Source of the DNA: the human T2T-CHM13v2.0 reference genome, Homo sapiens
Length of the DNA: 64,000 nucleotides
Direction: 5' to 3' (one strand)
Assembly: GCF_009914755.1 (NCBI RefSeq)
Contig: NC_060928.1
Shown here in pieces: positions 15,990-30,641 of this stretch. The notes under the pieces were generated by a model that was not told where the DNA came from, did not search any database, and saw only the letters and a list, made by a program, of their open reading frames with translations. A program made the position numbers and the translations under genes. Each line of letters starts with the position of its first letter. The stretch's first letter is position 1.

Positions 15990-17010
15990 AGGATATTTAT
16001 ACAAATCCTTTGGAATCCTTCTGGGCAAGAAATGTGTCCCTTCTTCTCTAAGTTTCAATTTATAAAATTATTTATTTATATTAGTATGAATTCAAAAACA
16101 TGTTATTTTATACTTTCAGTTGTAATCCAATGTTACAGTACTCATTTCTCAAATTGTCCCAGCTTTGGCCTATAAGAACATTTTCAGTTTATTATCAGTT
16201 TGGCTCCTACTGTCCTATGACATGTTACTATCATTTTTTGAACCCTTTTTTACTTTATGGCACACAAGAGTTTATGTTGTGTGATCTCTGCCCCAGCTCT
16301 AGAGTCAACTATTTCTCTAAAGAGCTCTTGTTCCTTTTTGGGGGAATAGTATTAGAATGAAGACCTGAGTGTGCTTTCCATGACTAGCATGTTATTACAT
16401 CTAGGCCTTCTTAGCGGACAGAGTACACTAAAACACACACATACACATACACACATATATGTACACATATATCTAGAATTATCATTGTGTGTATTCATCC
16501 ATATCTATATATCTGTATTAAGCTATACATGAGCTCATATTGATGTCTCCAATTCTAATCGAACATCACATGACTCACTTTGCAACCCTCCCTTGATTAT
16601 CTGCAACCTCTAAGAATGTGAAACTTGGCTCCCAATACTTGCCATTCAGTTAATCATTAGTTGATCCCAGAATTTATACAGCAGTTTCAGAATTCAACTC
16701 TTATTCTTCTGAAATAGACCTTTACTAACTACAGTGTTTATATATAGTTCCTTCTGTTTTTTCGACTTACAGTTTCTAGTCCAAACACAGTTTTACATAG
16801 TTGTTTAGGTCAGCACCTTCTTCTTCACTCCCTTAGGTGAGGCAATGTCACATATTTTAATACAGTTAAATTCTGTTTTTCAGAGTCAGCATTCCACCCT
16901 GAGACCTCCTGTCATTCTTGTTGTCTTTTTAAAATGTACATGTATTAACGTTCACTCTTAATGTTGTATGAAGTTCTACGGGTTTTGAAAATGCATAGCA
17001 TCATTTATAC
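15990..17010 (-). mobile_element. Old L1MC/MD 3' region
   Basis: ctcaaattgtcccagctttggcc, ctctgccccagctctagagtcaactatttctctaaagagc motifs. Confidence 0.6.
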
Positions 17011-17129
17011 CCCAGAAATCCATTTTGAGAGCAGGTTTACAGGTTTTATGATGGAATCAGTTACTTAGTTTAACACATAATGAAAAGAAACTATTAAAAG
17101 TACTATAAAAGAGATAAATATATAAATTT

Positions 17130-17990
17130 ATAATTAGAATGAGAAACTGCAATATTGTCTCAGCAGTTGATTAAATAAGCAGACAGTATTACTAATAAAA
17201 TAAATCTGATTAATACAATTAAAATTTTGGCTTAATTGATATATATAATATTACACTTAAGAATGACAAGGTTTCAACAATGACATAAAACATTCACCAA
17301 AGCATACTATGTTAGGTTAATAAAATCCCTGAACACATTTGAAAAGATTAAAATATTTTAGAGTATGTGCAGCAGATTAGAATTAAGCTAGAAATATACA
17401 ATAAGTTTTAATTCATGACCAGACCATATCCAAATCTCTGCTAATAGTAATGTACTTCTAAATAACTTATAGGTCAGAATTAAAATAAAATTTAAAATTT
17501 AAAAATATTTTAAGTGAAAGATAAACATATGCTAAAGCAAAATGTTGAAAATAAGGATTAAGCAGAGTATAAAATATATTAGGGCATTGAATGCATCTCT
17601 TAGAAAGGATGATACTAAAAAGATTTAATATCAATAGTTAAAACAAAACAAACAAACAAAAAAAAAACAGAGAAAAAACAGCAAGGCAACATGAGAAGAG
17701 AAGGAAAAGAAAGTTAATGGAATGAGAAGAAATCACAGAAAGAGAAACTAAATATGCAGTAGAGAAAATGACAAAGCCAAAGTTGATCCCTTGAAAAGTT
17801 TGATACAATAGATAAATAGGTAGCATGACAAAAAAGGATAGGATAGGGAGAAAAAGAAAGAGACAGAGAGATAAGAAAGTATCAGGAATGAAAAAGGGTA
17901 AAGGTATTTACAGGCATCTACATGATAAAAAAGATACTCTGCATGGCTTGTTGGTGATATGGTCAAATACTTCAAATAAAGGAACTTACT
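17130..17990 (+). mobile_element. Old L1M ORF2 fragment
   Basis: A-rich sequence with gaattaagctagaaat and aaagccaaagttg...ttgaaaag motifs of ORF2. Confidence 0.6.
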
Positions 17991-18863
17991 AAAATCTAAT
18001 AAAAGAACAATGCAAAATTATTTCCTGGTATATTTGTTGGCATTGCATTGAATCTATGAATTGGCAGCTAACTAACTTATTTAACTATTAGTTGTGTAAT
18101 TCAGGAACATGAGATATCTTCTTATAGGTTGAGATCATTGAAGCTGCTGCTACAGAAAACTATGGGAAGCATTAATGTAGATTTTATGTTATTGCAATAT
18201 TAAGGTCATTTTATGATAAGTATCAAGAGAAACAATTCATTATAAGGTAGCCATCATCCAAGGCCCAAGTTGAATATAACTGCAGAAGACAAACACGCAA
18301 ACACTGAAAAGCAAATTTGGGGAAAATTGTTCCTAGACACATGGAAGAAGAAAAATCATCCAGCAAGAGAACAAATAACAGCAGATAAATGAAAAGTAAC
18401 TATAAAATGGCACTTTTTATTTTTAAAAGGACATTTCAGAATGTTCCTAGATAATGAATTTAATTGGTTAATGAATATCCAAATAACTTTTTATGTTGGG
18501 TAAATTGCACAGATTCATGATCTTTCCCATATGTAAAAAAGTTCTATTTAGGTACAATTATTTACCAAATGACAGCTAATAAATGTAAGACATAATTACA
18601 GTGATCATATCTTCTGGAAAACATGTCAAATAATTTAACAAAAGCCTTTTGTGCAATATCCAGAGATAATTATCAGGCTTGATGATATTTATATCAAAAG
18701 ATCAATCAAAGTTGTTCAAATACTTAGGAAAGTTCTATGTCACTTGTGGGGGTAATGTCACTTATTATCTAGTTCAATGGTGTGTCAACGCTTGATGGAT
18801 ATCATTCTCAACCAAACCAGTGGTAATATAGATTTTAGTTAAGTGCTTCCCATAATAATTTTA

Positions 18864-19268
<405 letters not shown>

Positions 19269-20587
19269 AAATATAAAGTATATAATATCCCAGAAATAAT
19301 TACTTTTAGCAAAAAAATAAATAAATAAATAAATTGCTAGTAAAATAAAGACTGTCATCAGACTTTGAGACCTATACAGAAAAGCTATTAAGAAATAAAT
19401 ATGTCAGGTTATCCTAGATTGAAATGTGGTTGAGTAAAACCATTAAAAAGCAGACGTCAAGTGAGAGACTTCATAAAATACTCATCTATTTTAATACATA
19501 GGTAACCTATGCTACTGAGTTAGTAGAAAAATAAGTAATTGACAAGCCAAAATTGTAGTTTTACAATTTATAGATACATTGAGGAACTTTAGGTAAATAT
19601 TAGAAATTTGTATTTTATAGTTTCTATAAAGGTAATGGTAGGAAATGGCTATCGGTAGTTTTTATTTTTCACAGTAGTTTATGCTTTGTATTTTATTTTA
19701 TAATAGTATAATAGCCATTATGTGGAATTTGCCAGTGTTGAAACACCAGTATGCCCCAGTGATATTTTATTTATCAAAAATATTCTGATAGGTAAGAGGG
19801 TAAGATAATCACATTAAAAGCAATTGATACAATATATTAGACTTGAACACTATTCAATTTTTAACTAAAGAACTCAGGTATGATTTCTTCAAAAGAGACA
19901 TAATGTGTCAAATAGAGTATATGATATGTTTTCGTTTTTCTTGCCTGATGCAATAATAAATTCTCTATTTTTTTATAATAAATAAATAGTTTGGAGCAAC
20001 TTATAATAGAATTCTTTTAAGTTTGGACTGAAATAAAATACATTTTGATTTAAGAAGATATATATTCTCGGCTTTAAAAAAACTATTAGGCAATCTTTCT
20101 GTTTGCAAAAAAAAAGAATCTTCACTTTTTAAACTAGTAATTGGAATATAGAGAGGAATATTTAGAAGGATCACACAATGTGATTCTATGTATTAATAAA
20201 ATAATTTAAGAGCCTTCATTTTCGATATTGAAATTTACATAAAAATCTCCTGTTTTTCTTCCAAATGTATCTGAAGTAATGTTTAAAACTAAATGGCATA
20301 TACTTTTGAAGCAAAATATAATATCAGGCCAATTAGTATTACCATTTATTTCCAATAAATTATCTAAGAGTTTAACGACTATTTATTCTGTGTTAAACAC
20401 TGATCACTCCTTGTTTCCCTTGATCTCTTGCATAGGCATAGGACCTTCTTGTGGCTGTCAGCTTTGTCACAAATCTATCCACTTTTCTATTTTGTAGTAA
20501 TTGACTAACATTTAGTACAGTCTAGGAGGATAAAAAATAAAGAAACCTAGTTGTCACTACAAAATTAGTTTATAAAATTCTGTGTAT

Positions 20588-21293
<706 letters not shown>

Positions 21294-22384
21294 GTATGAA
21301 TCATTTCTCTTTCTTTGGTATGTGGCTATGGAGAAATGTAACACGTGGTTCTGATTAAACTTCAACTTTAAAATGTTTGAAAATATTACTGTTGAAACAT
21401 TAGAAATATTGCCAATATCTCTGTTTTGATTTTTGATTCTAATTTAATTCTTACCCATGCAGTGTAAAGGGGTTATTAACACAGTGCAAGAGATGGGAAA
21501 TTACAGGTAGTGACAGACTACATGCATTAATTTCACCAACAGAATTTTCTATGACTATCATGTTTAATAAACAATAGCAGCTTTTTAAATAATCTAAATT
21601 TTAAAGATGTTTTTATCAGGAATAATGTCAGCAAGAAAGGAAATTTACCCCAAATGATTCTTTTAAAGAGACCGTGATAAAGAAACTACTCATTAATGAA
21701 TGTGGCTTCCTAATCTAGTATATAAACACCCTTTGCAAATAGCTTGGTCCAGTAAAAATTATTGATTTTTCAGTGTATAGGTCAGGGTTTTGAGTAACTA
21801 CTATAAGTCTAGAACAGCTGTTTTAAGGTAATTACCAGATTCAACTGTGAAATGTTAAAATAATTGATATGCTTGGGGTCAGTCACAGACATGTTGAATT
21901 TGAATCCCTGCAAGAGCAGAATTTGGTGCAAATCCAGGTTTAGAGACCTGTATTCTCCAGAAACGTTTTTACTCAAAATGAGAAAAAACCGTTAATTATT
22001 CTGTCTAGAAATAAAAATACACATATTTTTAGAAGACAGAGTTACTTTAAGCATCACAACTAGAAAATATAATTTTCTGTTACTATTATATTTCTAAATG
22101 TACTATAGGCATCTATTTCTTAGGTATTAATATGTGTAACCTTTAATCATTCATTTCATATTCGAAATTAGCAAATGCATATTAGGTACTCTGTTTTATA
22201 CTGGAGATACAAAAATTAAAGTAATTCCTCACGCTTTCAAAGGAATTCACAGTTAAGTAGAAGGACCATTTAATGCCATTTACATGACTGGTGTGGTGTA
22301 GAATAATAGAAGCTGGTAAATCACACTAAATTATTCTGAATTGTGATGGCATAACATTTGGGCACTTTTCAAAAAATTTGTAGT

Positions 22385-22590
22385 TATTTATTTTTACGGA
22401 CAAATTTTAATTATTTATTCTGTGGGGTACAATGTGATGTTTGATATATGTATACAATGTAGAGTGAGTAAATCAAACTAATGAACAAATCTATCACCTC
22501 ATATATCACTTTTTTGTTGATGAGAAGATTTGAAGTTCACTCTCTTAGCAATTATGAATGATGTAATACATTATTATTAACTAAAGTCAT
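22385..22590 (-). mobile_element. L1MA 3' end
   Basis: ggggtacaatgtgatgtttgatatatgtatacaatgt...tctcttagcaatt. Confidence 0.75.
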
Positions 22591-23698
22591 AGTTTCAACA
22601 TGCTTTTCTTGTGACTTATAATGAGGCAGGTCTATAAAAATTATAGAATTATATCTTTATTCCAACCACATATATAATAAATGGACATGAAATCTATGCT
22701 TGTACACTTCTGGTAAAAGAAACATTTCAATCAGAATTTTGACACACTAAATGTTCCTTCTGATGAAAGTTTGTATTTTCACTGATATTTAATTTCTTCT
22801 CATATAAAAGATATCCAATTCTTATCTTTCAGTGTGTTTTTTCTTTCTTTTTTTTCCCTTGGTCAACATTCCCAGGCTTGAAATGGTTAATTGGGTTGCC
22901 CAAAATTTGACCTTTAGCTAACCGGAAAATTATATTCATTTCTGAGACTTCCCAAATAGAGGGAAAAAGGTACTATCTGGCTAAATATAAAAAATATAAT
23001 TAATGATCCAAAGAGTGGTTTACCATCTGCAAAATATAAAGAACAAAATTATAAATGGTATAACACTAATTTTCAGAAAGAAAGTAAGATTCTAATAAAG
23101 TCCTGAAGACCAAACTACTTTTGTTTATGGCATCATTAAAGGTAATACACATGGATGCAAAATTACTTACTCTAAATTATTTTAGTAGCTGGTTGATGGC
23201 TATTCTCTTAACCTGTGGTTTCATAATGAAGCTCTTTTCACCTTTAAAATAATCTTGAGCCCAAAAGCACATCTGCAGATAATAACAATTGAAAGGTAAG
23301 ATAAGAACATCCCTGGGATAATGATGGTTTAATTGAAGCATTCTGCCATTAAATTCCTATTACTGTGCAATGAGGCTTCACAAACCACCTAGAAGAAAAT
23401 GAGTCATCTCAGGAGAATGAAATTGTACATTTGGTGGGTCTTATCAATATTAATACAATGGATTTTAAAAATAAACGTTCAATTATTAAGACATCTAGAA
23501 GAAGCAAAATAGATTTTATTAACTGAGTAATGTATGTATTTTAAGATTTTTTAATAGAAATTCCTAAAAACTTCTGATCTATATAAAGGTCTGGCTTAAT
23601 GACTAATAAATCAAATTGGAGAGAATAAATAACAGTAAAGCATTTTAATCAAACCTCTAATAATATATTTTTATAGTTTCTTTCTGTCTTTTTGAATC

Positions 23699-24138
23699 TG
23701 TGATAGACGGTAAAATACAGGCCCTACAACAAAACAAAGTATATCCTAATTCCTGAATCCTGAGGATACTCTGTTACAAAAAGGGAATTGGAAAAGGTGA
23801 TTAAGCTAAGGATCTTGAGATTGGGAGATTTATTCTCAGTTCTCTGGATGGCTCTAATATACTCACAATGGTCTTTATAAAAACAAAGCAAGATGATTAG
23901 AAAAAATATGACAAGGAAAGTAGAGATTGGAGTGATATGGAGTGACAAGATAAGGAATGAAGGCAACCTCTAGAAGACAGGAAAAACCAGGAAACAGATT
24001 CAACCCTAGAGGCTCTAGAAGGAAAGCAGCCCTACTCTCTCATTTAGAGCATTGACCTCCTATAAGATAAGAAATTCATGTTGTTTAGCATACCAAGTTT
24101 GTGGTAATTTGTTTTAATAGCAATAGGAAAGTAATACA
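23699..24138 (+). mobile_element. MLT1D-like solo LTR
   Basis: tgtgatagac...ttaagctaaggatcttgagattgggagat...agtttgtggtaatttgtt...gcaataggaaagtaataca; imperfect TSD gaatc/gactc. Confidence 0.8.
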
Positions 24139-25469
24139 GACTCTGATAAGCAGACGGTGTGTGTTTATGTGTCTGTATAAACAGATATACATATATATAT
24201 ATAACTTACTATGTGTATATATATATGAATGTCTCTAAAACCTAACATATTGCTACAGTAATATTATGTTATACCATTTATGTGTGTATGAACGATAGGT
24301 TCTACTCTATAATGTGTTGATTTTGTTTACATATTTTAATTGTGTATTGATAGGTTTCCTACAGAAAAATAAAAAAAAAGTTTATTTCCATAGTGGTATA
24401 CATATGGAATCGCACACTGAGATGTGAAAAGCTCATGGTCTTATATTAAAGAGGTAAAAGGAATTGTTTTCTTCTCAGATCTCTTTTTTCTTCTTGGATC
24501 TCTCATTGTACAAGCAGCAATTCCCAGGTCCAAGTCACTGTTAGCTTTCTAGACTATGGAACATTTCAAGGAATAGGATTGAGGAACCACGCTAAATCAA
24601 GAAGACTGAGTCTTTTAGATGGGGACAAAAAGAAGGGCCTGAATAATGAGTGAAAGGTTTACAGAATGTGGAATTAAGAACCTGTGGGATTTGAGTTTTC
24701 CTACAGGTTTTCTTTCTGATCAGCTTTATGCTCTGATACTATGTTTTGATAACATGCTTATTTTCTCATTGAAGCTTCATTTCATTAATTGCATTTTTTG
24801 TTTTGCCCTTTCTATGTCAGTCTGTGCTACATTTACAACATTAGTTGTTTTGAGGTGAGTCCTTCCTTCAGTGGTGCATGATAACTGTCCTTATACTCTG
24901 CCAAGTTTCTGAAAAGAATTGACTATGCTTGTTTTTGCTTTCTTACCTAACATTTCCCAACACTGTGGATGAATCTTAAAAAGACAACTAAACTTTACAA
25001 AGGCCAAGTTCAAAGGATATTTCTCTTCCCTTTTCTTACTAAGCATTTCTGTCTGATACTGATAACCACAGCTTTTTTTTCTAAAATCTCTCTTTGCATT
25101 TGCCAAATGCTTCTCTTGTAGTTTTTCATATTTCTTTCATATCTTTTCTTCAAGGTTATTTCTTTTCTCTGCTTCAACATCCAGTTAAATAATGGTGTTT
25201 TCCTCAAGATTAATTTCCTTGACTTTGTCTCTTCTTTATACACCCAACCTGGGGAAATTTGTGTATCTACATGACTATCCATATCCTAAAATATGTTTTA
25301 GCTCACATCTTCCTTCTATATTCTAGACTAGATTTTCCCAATTTGTACCTGGCAATCCCCTCAAGGCTTGAAAAACATGATGAAATCACTTGAAAATCAC
25401 TTGAAAAACATGATGAAACTTATTAAACTTCTAAAAATGTTCTTCTATTAGAAAACATTGGTAAACATG

Positions 25470-26610
25470 ACATGAGAATAGATATTATCCAAATTTGAAC
25501 ACAGAGGATAAGCAAAAAGTAAATGAATAAAATATAAAAAGCCTCAGTGAGCTGTGAAACTATACAGGCTGAGTATCACTTATCCAAAATTCTTGGGACC
25601 AGAGGTGTTTCAGATTTTGGAAATTTTTTGGATTTTGGAATACATTTTGCATGTACATAATGAGCTATGTTAGGGTTGAGACCCAAGTATAACCACAGAT
25701 TTCATTTACATTTCATATATGCCTTCTACACAAAGCCTGGAGTTAATTTTATATAATACTTTAAATAATTTTGTGCATGAAACAAAGTATTGGCTGTATT
25801 TTGACTGTGCCCTGTCACATGAGGTCAACTGCTAACTTGTCATGGTCAGAATTACAATAAGAATGTCTGCTGTTTTCTTACAAGAAGAAAATGGAATAAT
25901 GTACTTTCAACCTACATTGTAAATCCAGTAAGCCTAGTTCAAAAATGATGGTAAAATAAAGATGCTTCAGCTAAACAATTTGAGAAAATTAATCAATGGC
26001 AGATTTACTCTTCTGGAATTTTCTTAACATTTCTAGAGTGTAAATCTGGAGGGAAATGAAGAATATAGATGGGCACTTGGATTAACATAAGGAATGTGAC
26101 ACACTAGAAGTAAGAAATTTGTAAGTAAATATGGAAAGTTTCCTTTTATTTTTAAAATGTCTTTAAAAGGCATAACTGTCTACAAAATGACACTGCATTG
26201 TCTGATTATAAAAAGAAAAGCAGATAAAGTGAATGACAGTAAGGAAAAAAGAATAAGAGCAGCATAAATGAAAGATTATTATCTAAAATTAATATGGATG
26301 AAGTAATTAATATTAAGTCAAGGTAGACAAATTAAGATGACATATTCTAATCAATGATGTGAGCACTAGACAGATTAATTTTTAAAAATATAAATAAACA
26401 TATATAAAACTAAAACTTTAACAAATACTTATAATTTAAATAAGAAAAAAATGAAATAACAGATAATACTTGATTGATTAAAAAAACTAGAAAGAAAGAA
26501 AAACAAAAAGATGGGACAAATAGCAAAACGAGAGACTTAAATACAATAATATAAAATACTATAATAAATTCAAATAGAAAAACACTGCAATTAAAATCAG
26601 ATATTGTTTA
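25470..26610 (+). mobile_element. Old L1M ORF1/inter-ORF fragment (resumes at ~35943-36070)
   Basis: aaagcctcagtgagctgtg, gatggtaaaataaagat and aacactgcaattaaaa motifs; continuation gatacaggtaggttaaaag after the nested insertions. Confidence 0.6.
25565..25828 (+). mobile_element. Tigger4/MER46-type DNA transposon, one end only
   Basis: TA followed by TIR caggctgagtatcacttatccaaaattcttgggaccaga. Confidence 0.75.
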
Positions 26611-29108
26611 ATGTTATTCATACAAAGATGGACTGTTAGTTCAATTCTGAAGAAAAAAGCAGTTTATTAATCTGATATTATTTCTCTGATAAAGGACATA
26701 CAGAATTCCACATTGAGATGCCAAAACCTCAAGTCATTTTCAGGAAGAGAAATATTCTGGCCTCTTCTCCCTGACAGAATAGCGGTAGAAAATTCCCCAA
26801 ATCCAAGTTCCATGTTTTTTCATCTTTCTAGTTTTGCATAGGTGGTGTTTCAACAAGTACAACCCTGCTCCTGGGATAAGACCAAAGTCTTTTCTGATAG
26901 TTTGGTGCCCTGAGCCATATTAGGGATCCAATTCCAGTCTAAAGATACAAATAATTTTGATTTTTGCCTGAATTTTGTTGTTTTCCCAAATGTTATTCAA
27001 AAACAAGTAGCTTAGCTTCCCTGTCGTTGTATGGTTTTGAGAGTTCCTCTTGGTATTGATTTGTATTTCTAGGCTACTGTGCTCCAAAAACAACCTTGGT
27101 AAAATTTCTGTTTTTTAAATTTATTGACAGTTGCTTTATGGCCAAGCATGTAGTGGATTTTAGAGCATGTACCATGTGCAGATGATGAGAAGAATGTACA
27201 TGCTGTGGTTGCTGGTTGGAGTATTCTATAGATGTCTGTTAGGTTCAATTTGTCAAGTGTTGAATTTAAGTTCAGAATTTCTTTGCTAGTTTTCCGCTTT
27301 GATGCAGTTTCGGCCTTGATGCAGTTTAATTTCAACACTGTCAGTGGGGTGTTGAAGTCCTACACTATTATTTTGTGGCTAAGTCTTTTTGTAGATCTAG
27401 AAGTACTTGTTTTACAAATCTGGGGCTCCAATGTTGGATGCATCTGTATTTAGGATAGTCTTCTTGTTGAATTGAATTCCCTTCTTTGTCCTTTTTTACT
27501 GTTGGGGGTTTAAAGTTGGTTTTATTTGATACAAGAATAGCAATCCCTGCTTTTTTTTGTTTTCCATTTTAATGAGTGTTGCTCTTTTCCCATCCCTTTA
27601 CTTTGAGCCTATGGGTGCCATTACCTATGAGATAGATCTCATAGGTGAAGACAGAAAAAGATTCAGTCATCGTTTTTTTTGTTTTGTTTTGTTTTTTTTT
27701 TTTTTAGTCCAACTTGCCACTCTGTGTCTTTTAAATGGGGCATTTAACTATTTACATTTAAGATTAATATCAATATGAGAGGTTTCGTTATTGTTGCAGT
27801 GTTGTGGTTAGCTGGTTTCTTTGCAGTCTTGATTGTGTAGTTGCTTTATAAGGTCTGTGGGCTCTATATTAATGTGGTAACAGATATTTTCTTTTGTTTA
27901 CATGTTTAGAACTTCCTTAAGCATCTCTTGTAAGACCAGTATAGTGGCAACAAATTCCCTTAGAAATTGTTTGCCTGGGAAAGGTTTTATATCGCCTTCA
28001 CTTCTCCTTAGTTTTTCTAATGGAGCTTACTTTAGCAGAATATGATATTCTTGGTTGGAATTTTATTTATTTAAGAATTCTGAAAATAGGCCCCCAATCT
28101 TTTCTGGCTTGTAAGGTTTCTACTGAGAAGCCCATTCTTAGCCTGATGGGGCTCCCTTTATAGATGACATGAACATTTTCTCCAGCTTCCTTTAAGATTT
28201 TTTTTCACGTTGACCTTGGAAAGTGTGATAACTATGTGCCTTGGGATGATCATCTTATAAAAATATCAGTAAAATGTCCATACTACCCAAAGCAAATGAC
28301 ATATTTAGTGCTTTTCCTATCAAATTGCCAACATCATATTTCAAATTAGAAAAAAAATTATAAAATTCATATGGAATAAAAAAATCCCAAATAACCAAAA
28401 CAATCCTAAACAAAACGAGAAAAGCCAGAGGTATCACATTATTCAACTTCAAAATATACTATAAGGCTATAATAACCAGAACAGCATAGTATTGGTACAA
28501 ATATAGACACATAAATCCATTGAATAGACTACAGAACTCCAAAATAAAGCAGTATATCTAAAACCAAGTTAACTTTGACAAAGTTGACAAAAATAAACAA
28601 TAAGGAACAGACACCTTATTGAATAAATAGTGCTAAGAAAACTGGTTAAGCATATGCAAAAGAATAAAACTGGACTCCCCTACCTCTCATCATATACAAA
28701 AATTAACTCAAGATGGATCAAAGACTTAAATATAAGACCTCCAACTGTAAAAATTCTAGGAGAAAACTTAGAAAATACTTTTCTGGACATCAGTCTTGGG
28801 AAAGAATGTATGACTGAGTCCTCAAAACTAATTTCAACAAAAACAAAAACTGACAAGTGGGGCCTAATTACACTAAAGAGCTTCTGCACAGCCAAAAGAA
28901 AAAAAATAACAGAGTAAACGGAATCCATAAGGAACTTAATTCAGCAAGAAAAAAACAGATAAAGTGTCTACCCAAAGGAAAATAATTCATTATATGAAAG
29001 AGACACATGCACACAAGTTTACGTTTATATTATAGCAGCAAAATTTGCAACTGTAAAAATATGAAACTAAACACTCATCAGCCAACACCTGGATAAAGAA
29101 AAAGTGAA

Positions 29109-29112
<4 letters not shown>

Positions 29113-29155
<43 letters not shown>

Positions 29156-29160
29156 CATAT
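29113..29160. repeat. (CA)n microsatellite running into TA
   Basis: Directly visible in the sequence. Confidence 0.95.
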
Positions 29161-29321
29161 ATCTTTTCCATTCCTGAATTTCTTCACTTAGAATAATGGC
29201 CTCCAGCTCCATCCAAGCTGCTCCAAAGGCCATTGTTTCATTCTATTTTATGGCTGAGTAGTATTTCACGGTATATATATATATTTCAAATATACTGTGA
29301 AATACTACTATATATATATAT

Positions 29322-29361
29322 TACACTTTTAGTAAGGCTTTACCTACACGACAATACTTAA
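29322..29361 (+). pseudogene. MT-ATP6: MT-ATP6 3' end (NUMT)
   Basis: acacttttagtaaggctttacctacacgacaatact-taa, overlapping the COX3 ATG as in mtDNA. Confidence 0.8.
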
Positions 29362-29590
29362 TGACCCACCAATCATATGTCTACCACATGTTTAAAATCA
29401 GCCCTTGACCACTAACAGGGACCCTCTTAGCCCTCCTAGTAACATCCAGCTTGGCCATATGATTTCACTTTAACTCCACCACCCTACTAACCCTAGGCCT
29501 ACTAACCAACACACTGACCATATATCAATGATGACGCGGCATTGTCTGAGAAAGTACACCAAAAATGCCTCTGATATGGAATAATCTTAT
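29361..29590 (+). pseudogene. MT-CO3: MT-CO3 5' part (NUMT)
   Basis: atgacccaccaatca (MTHQS)...ccttgaccactaacaggg; short internal deletion near 29558. Confidence 0.93.
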
Positions 29591-30508
29591 GTAAAACATA
29601 GACTTGGATAAGGGCGACAGCAAGCTCGAGGAGAGTTAATAGGATTAAAATTATACAGCTTAAAGATAAAAATTTAGGCTCTGGCTGAATTGGATTGAGG
29701 CTTTTTGTTTTGGGGGTTTGGCAAAGGTGTCTTTCCTGGGTTAATGACGTCAGAGATGGGGGAGGGGGGTTTGCAGAATTTTACTGTAAGGTTCGGTACA
29801 GAAAGCAGTTATAAGTCTACTTGATAATTATTGTTATGTCCTACAAGCATGAATTAATTAACACTTTATGGTATTTATGCATGGCCGGAATATTGAACGT
29901 AGGTGTAGGTACGATCAATAGGAGTGTGTGCCAGGAATCAAAGACAGGTCCTGCGGCATACGAGGTGTCTTATTTAAGGGGAACGTGTGGGCAATCTTAG
30001 TTCTATGGCCGTGAGGTAAGAACCAGATGCCGGATACAGTTCAGGGTAGTCACCCCCAAGCGTTATGGGCCCAGAGTGAGGAGAGTAGGACACTTGTGCA
30101 GGATATTGATTTCACGGAGGATGATGAACAAGAAACCAATATCTGAGGGTGGTATCCGTGGTGACAGGGACTGGTTTAACTTGGATGTGCTATGTCCAGT
30201 GAACGACTGAAGGTACTATGTAATATGAAGAAATAAAGGTACTTGTCAATGCCCCTGGGGTGGGAAGTTGGTATGGGGGATACAGACTCAATGTGTTACA
30301 GTCAGTGAAGGGTTAACAGTTCTGGCTTGTAAGCATGCCTTGTAAGTTATGATTGTATGGAATATCTTTGTATGTACTATGTACAGTTAAACACTTATAG
30401 GACTATATAATATTCATGTTGGCTAGCAGTAATGCACAATATACAGAAAATTATTAATGGGGCAGGTCAATACTTGCGTTATACCCAAATGGGTGCTTTA
30501 TCAGAATA
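29591..30508 (-). other. Mitochondrial control region (NUMT)
   Basis: CSB3 tgccaaacccccaaaac (~29706-29723), CSB2 C-tract (~29758-29772), CSB1 ttaattcatgcttgtaggacataa (29834-29857), central domain catctggttcttacctca. Confidence 0.92.
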
Positions 30509-30576
30509 CAGAGAGTAGTTTAAATTAGAATTTTAGCTTTGGGTGCTGATGGTGAAGTTAAGTCCTTTCTCTCTGA
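30509..30576 (+). pseudogene. MT-TP: mt-tRNA-Pro pseudogene
   Basis: cagagagtagtttaaattagaattttagctttgggtgctga...ctctctga; anticodon TGG. Confidence 0.9.
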
Positions 30577-30578
30577 GT

Positions 30579-30641
30579 TGTCCTGGGGAGGTCTCCATTT
30601 CCGGTTTACAAGACCAGTGTATTGGCTTATACTACAAGGGC
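30579..30641 (-). pseudogene. MT-TT: mt-tRNA-Thr pseudogene
   Basis: gcccttgtagtataa...ggtcttgtaaaccgg; anticodon TGT. Confidence 0.9.
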
